From: an uncultured Nitrosopumilaceae archaeon
GTDB taxonomy: Archaea; Thermoproteota; Nitrososphaeria; Nitrososphaerales; Nitrosopumilaceae
Direction: 5' to 3'
Length of the DNA stretch: 32,000 bases
NCBI GenBank assembly: GCA_964507825.1
Contig: CAZDQM010000030.1
Coordinates: forward strand, 1-32,000
Shown here piece by piece: positions 31,352-32,000 of this stretch (the stretch's first letter is position 1; every line of letters begins with the position of its first letter). Position numbers and translations under genes: made by a program. The notes beneath the pieces are model-generated. The model did no database searches. It was given only the letters and a program-made list of their open reading frames with translations, and had not been told where the DNA came from.

Positions 31352-32000
31352 ATGAACGGGCCGACGTGGGACGAGATTGTACTAACAGTCTCCTCAACAT
31401 TTAAGGTAATTGAATGCGAGCAGCTGCAGGACTCGTTCTGGTTCAGGATAAAGGAGGAACCGTTTAAGACAAAATTTGTAGATTTGGCTCAAAGACTAGA
31501 AGAGCAAAACTTGGTATGTAAAATCAAAAGGAGAAAGGAGGGCCTGTACATCATGATACTTCGCGTAGAGCCCAGGAAGCAAAAGTGGCTGAATTCCCCA
31601 TGGATACCTAGGATATTGTTCATAATAGTAGTCGGTTTTGTCATGCTCGACGGGTATTACAGGACGGTGGGGACAAACGAGGTGATTACGATCGGCGATC
31701 CGCTGGAAATGGCGATAATTTACACGGTTGCGTTGCTAGGAATACTGGGGGTTCACGAGCTTGGACACCTGGTCGCTTTTAGAATACACAAGATCAAGAC
31801 GACGATGCCGTATTTCATCCCGGGGGTTCCGATTTTTGGAATTCCAACATTTGGCGCCCTGATCATGGCCAAGGGTACCATGATCAACAGGGAAAAGACG
31901 CTTGACGTGGCCATTGCAGGACCTGCTGCAGGACTAGTCATTACGATGATAGTGGCATTATGCGGCGCGTCCGTTGCGCCCCTCATAGAAACGGAGCTTG
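31352..32000 (+). CDS. M50 family site-2-protease-like membrane metalloprotease (C-terminally truncated by window edge)
   Basis: The frame is open from ATG 31352 to the window end. It is absent from the ORF track because there is no stop. It contains TM helices and the HExxH motif (GVHELGHLVAF), followed by YFIPGVPIFGIPTFGA. Confidence 0.8.
   Translation, partial: MNGPTWDEIVLTVSSTFKVIECEQLQDSFWFRIKEEPFKTKFVDLAQRLEEQNLVCKIKRRKEGLYIMILRVEPRKQKWLNSPWIPRILFIIVVGFVMLDGYYRTVGTNEVITIGDPLEMAIIYTVALLGILGVHELGHLVAFRIHKIKTTMPYFIPGVPIFGIPTFGALIMAKGTMINREKTLDVAIAGPAAGLVITMIVALCGASVAPLIETEL

Noticed and set aside
1-32000. Whole-window search for CRISPR repeats, transposases or integrases, long terminal or direct repeats, toxin-antitoxin pairs and known defence-system gene combinations.
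   Set aside because: No spaced repeats were seen. No recombinase or transposase motifs appear in any ORF. The only restriction-modification-like gene is the orphan methyltransferase. The RHH-like protein at 1488-1961 is too large and has no adjacent toxin-like partner.

Overview
This is a chromosomal segment of an ammonia-oxidising thaumarchaeon (Nitrosopumilaceae-like). The AmoA, AmoB and AmoC translations are unmistakable, and the DNA looks more GC-rich than I remember for N. maritimus. Left third: a partial gene, a winged-helix regulator with a B12-binding-like domain, an RHH-like protein, two divergent tRNAs (tRNA-Leu(UAA) with two introns, tRNA-Thr(GGU)) and an orphan Dam-family DNA methyltransferase. 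Then comes the ammonia monooxygenase locus: amoA-amoX-(~0.85 kb ORF-poor spacer)-amoC on the minus strand and amoB on the plus strand. Four small or membrane-anchored ORFs and a second ORF-poor gap of ~0.5 kb follow it. Middle: information-processing genes (rps15, RecJ-like DHH, Pcc1-like, serS, rps3ae, DUF54-like). After them come a geranylgeranyl-reductase paralogue, a CbbQ/NorQ-type AAA+ plus VWA pair, a PLP-enzyme::rhodanese fusion and an ASCH protein. Right third: stand-alone RAM-domain genes, a very basic repeat protein, a non-oxidative pentose-phosphate operon (transketolase-N::Rpe fusion, transketolase-C, transaldolase), a DCC1-like protein and an M17 aminopeptidase. It continues with an unlinked 5S rRNA that the ORF track cannot show, then ABCE1, Trm5, a GNAT acetyltransferase and a partial M50 protease. 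I saw no CRISPR array, transposase, integrase or recognisable defence system. The best candidates for something new are the extended amo neighbourhood (extra small membrane proteins, two coding-like but ORF-less gaps, a shared 3' motif), the B12-domain regulator beside it, and the AAA+/VWA pair with no obvious client. All domain calls were made by eye from the translations; no HMM or database search was run.
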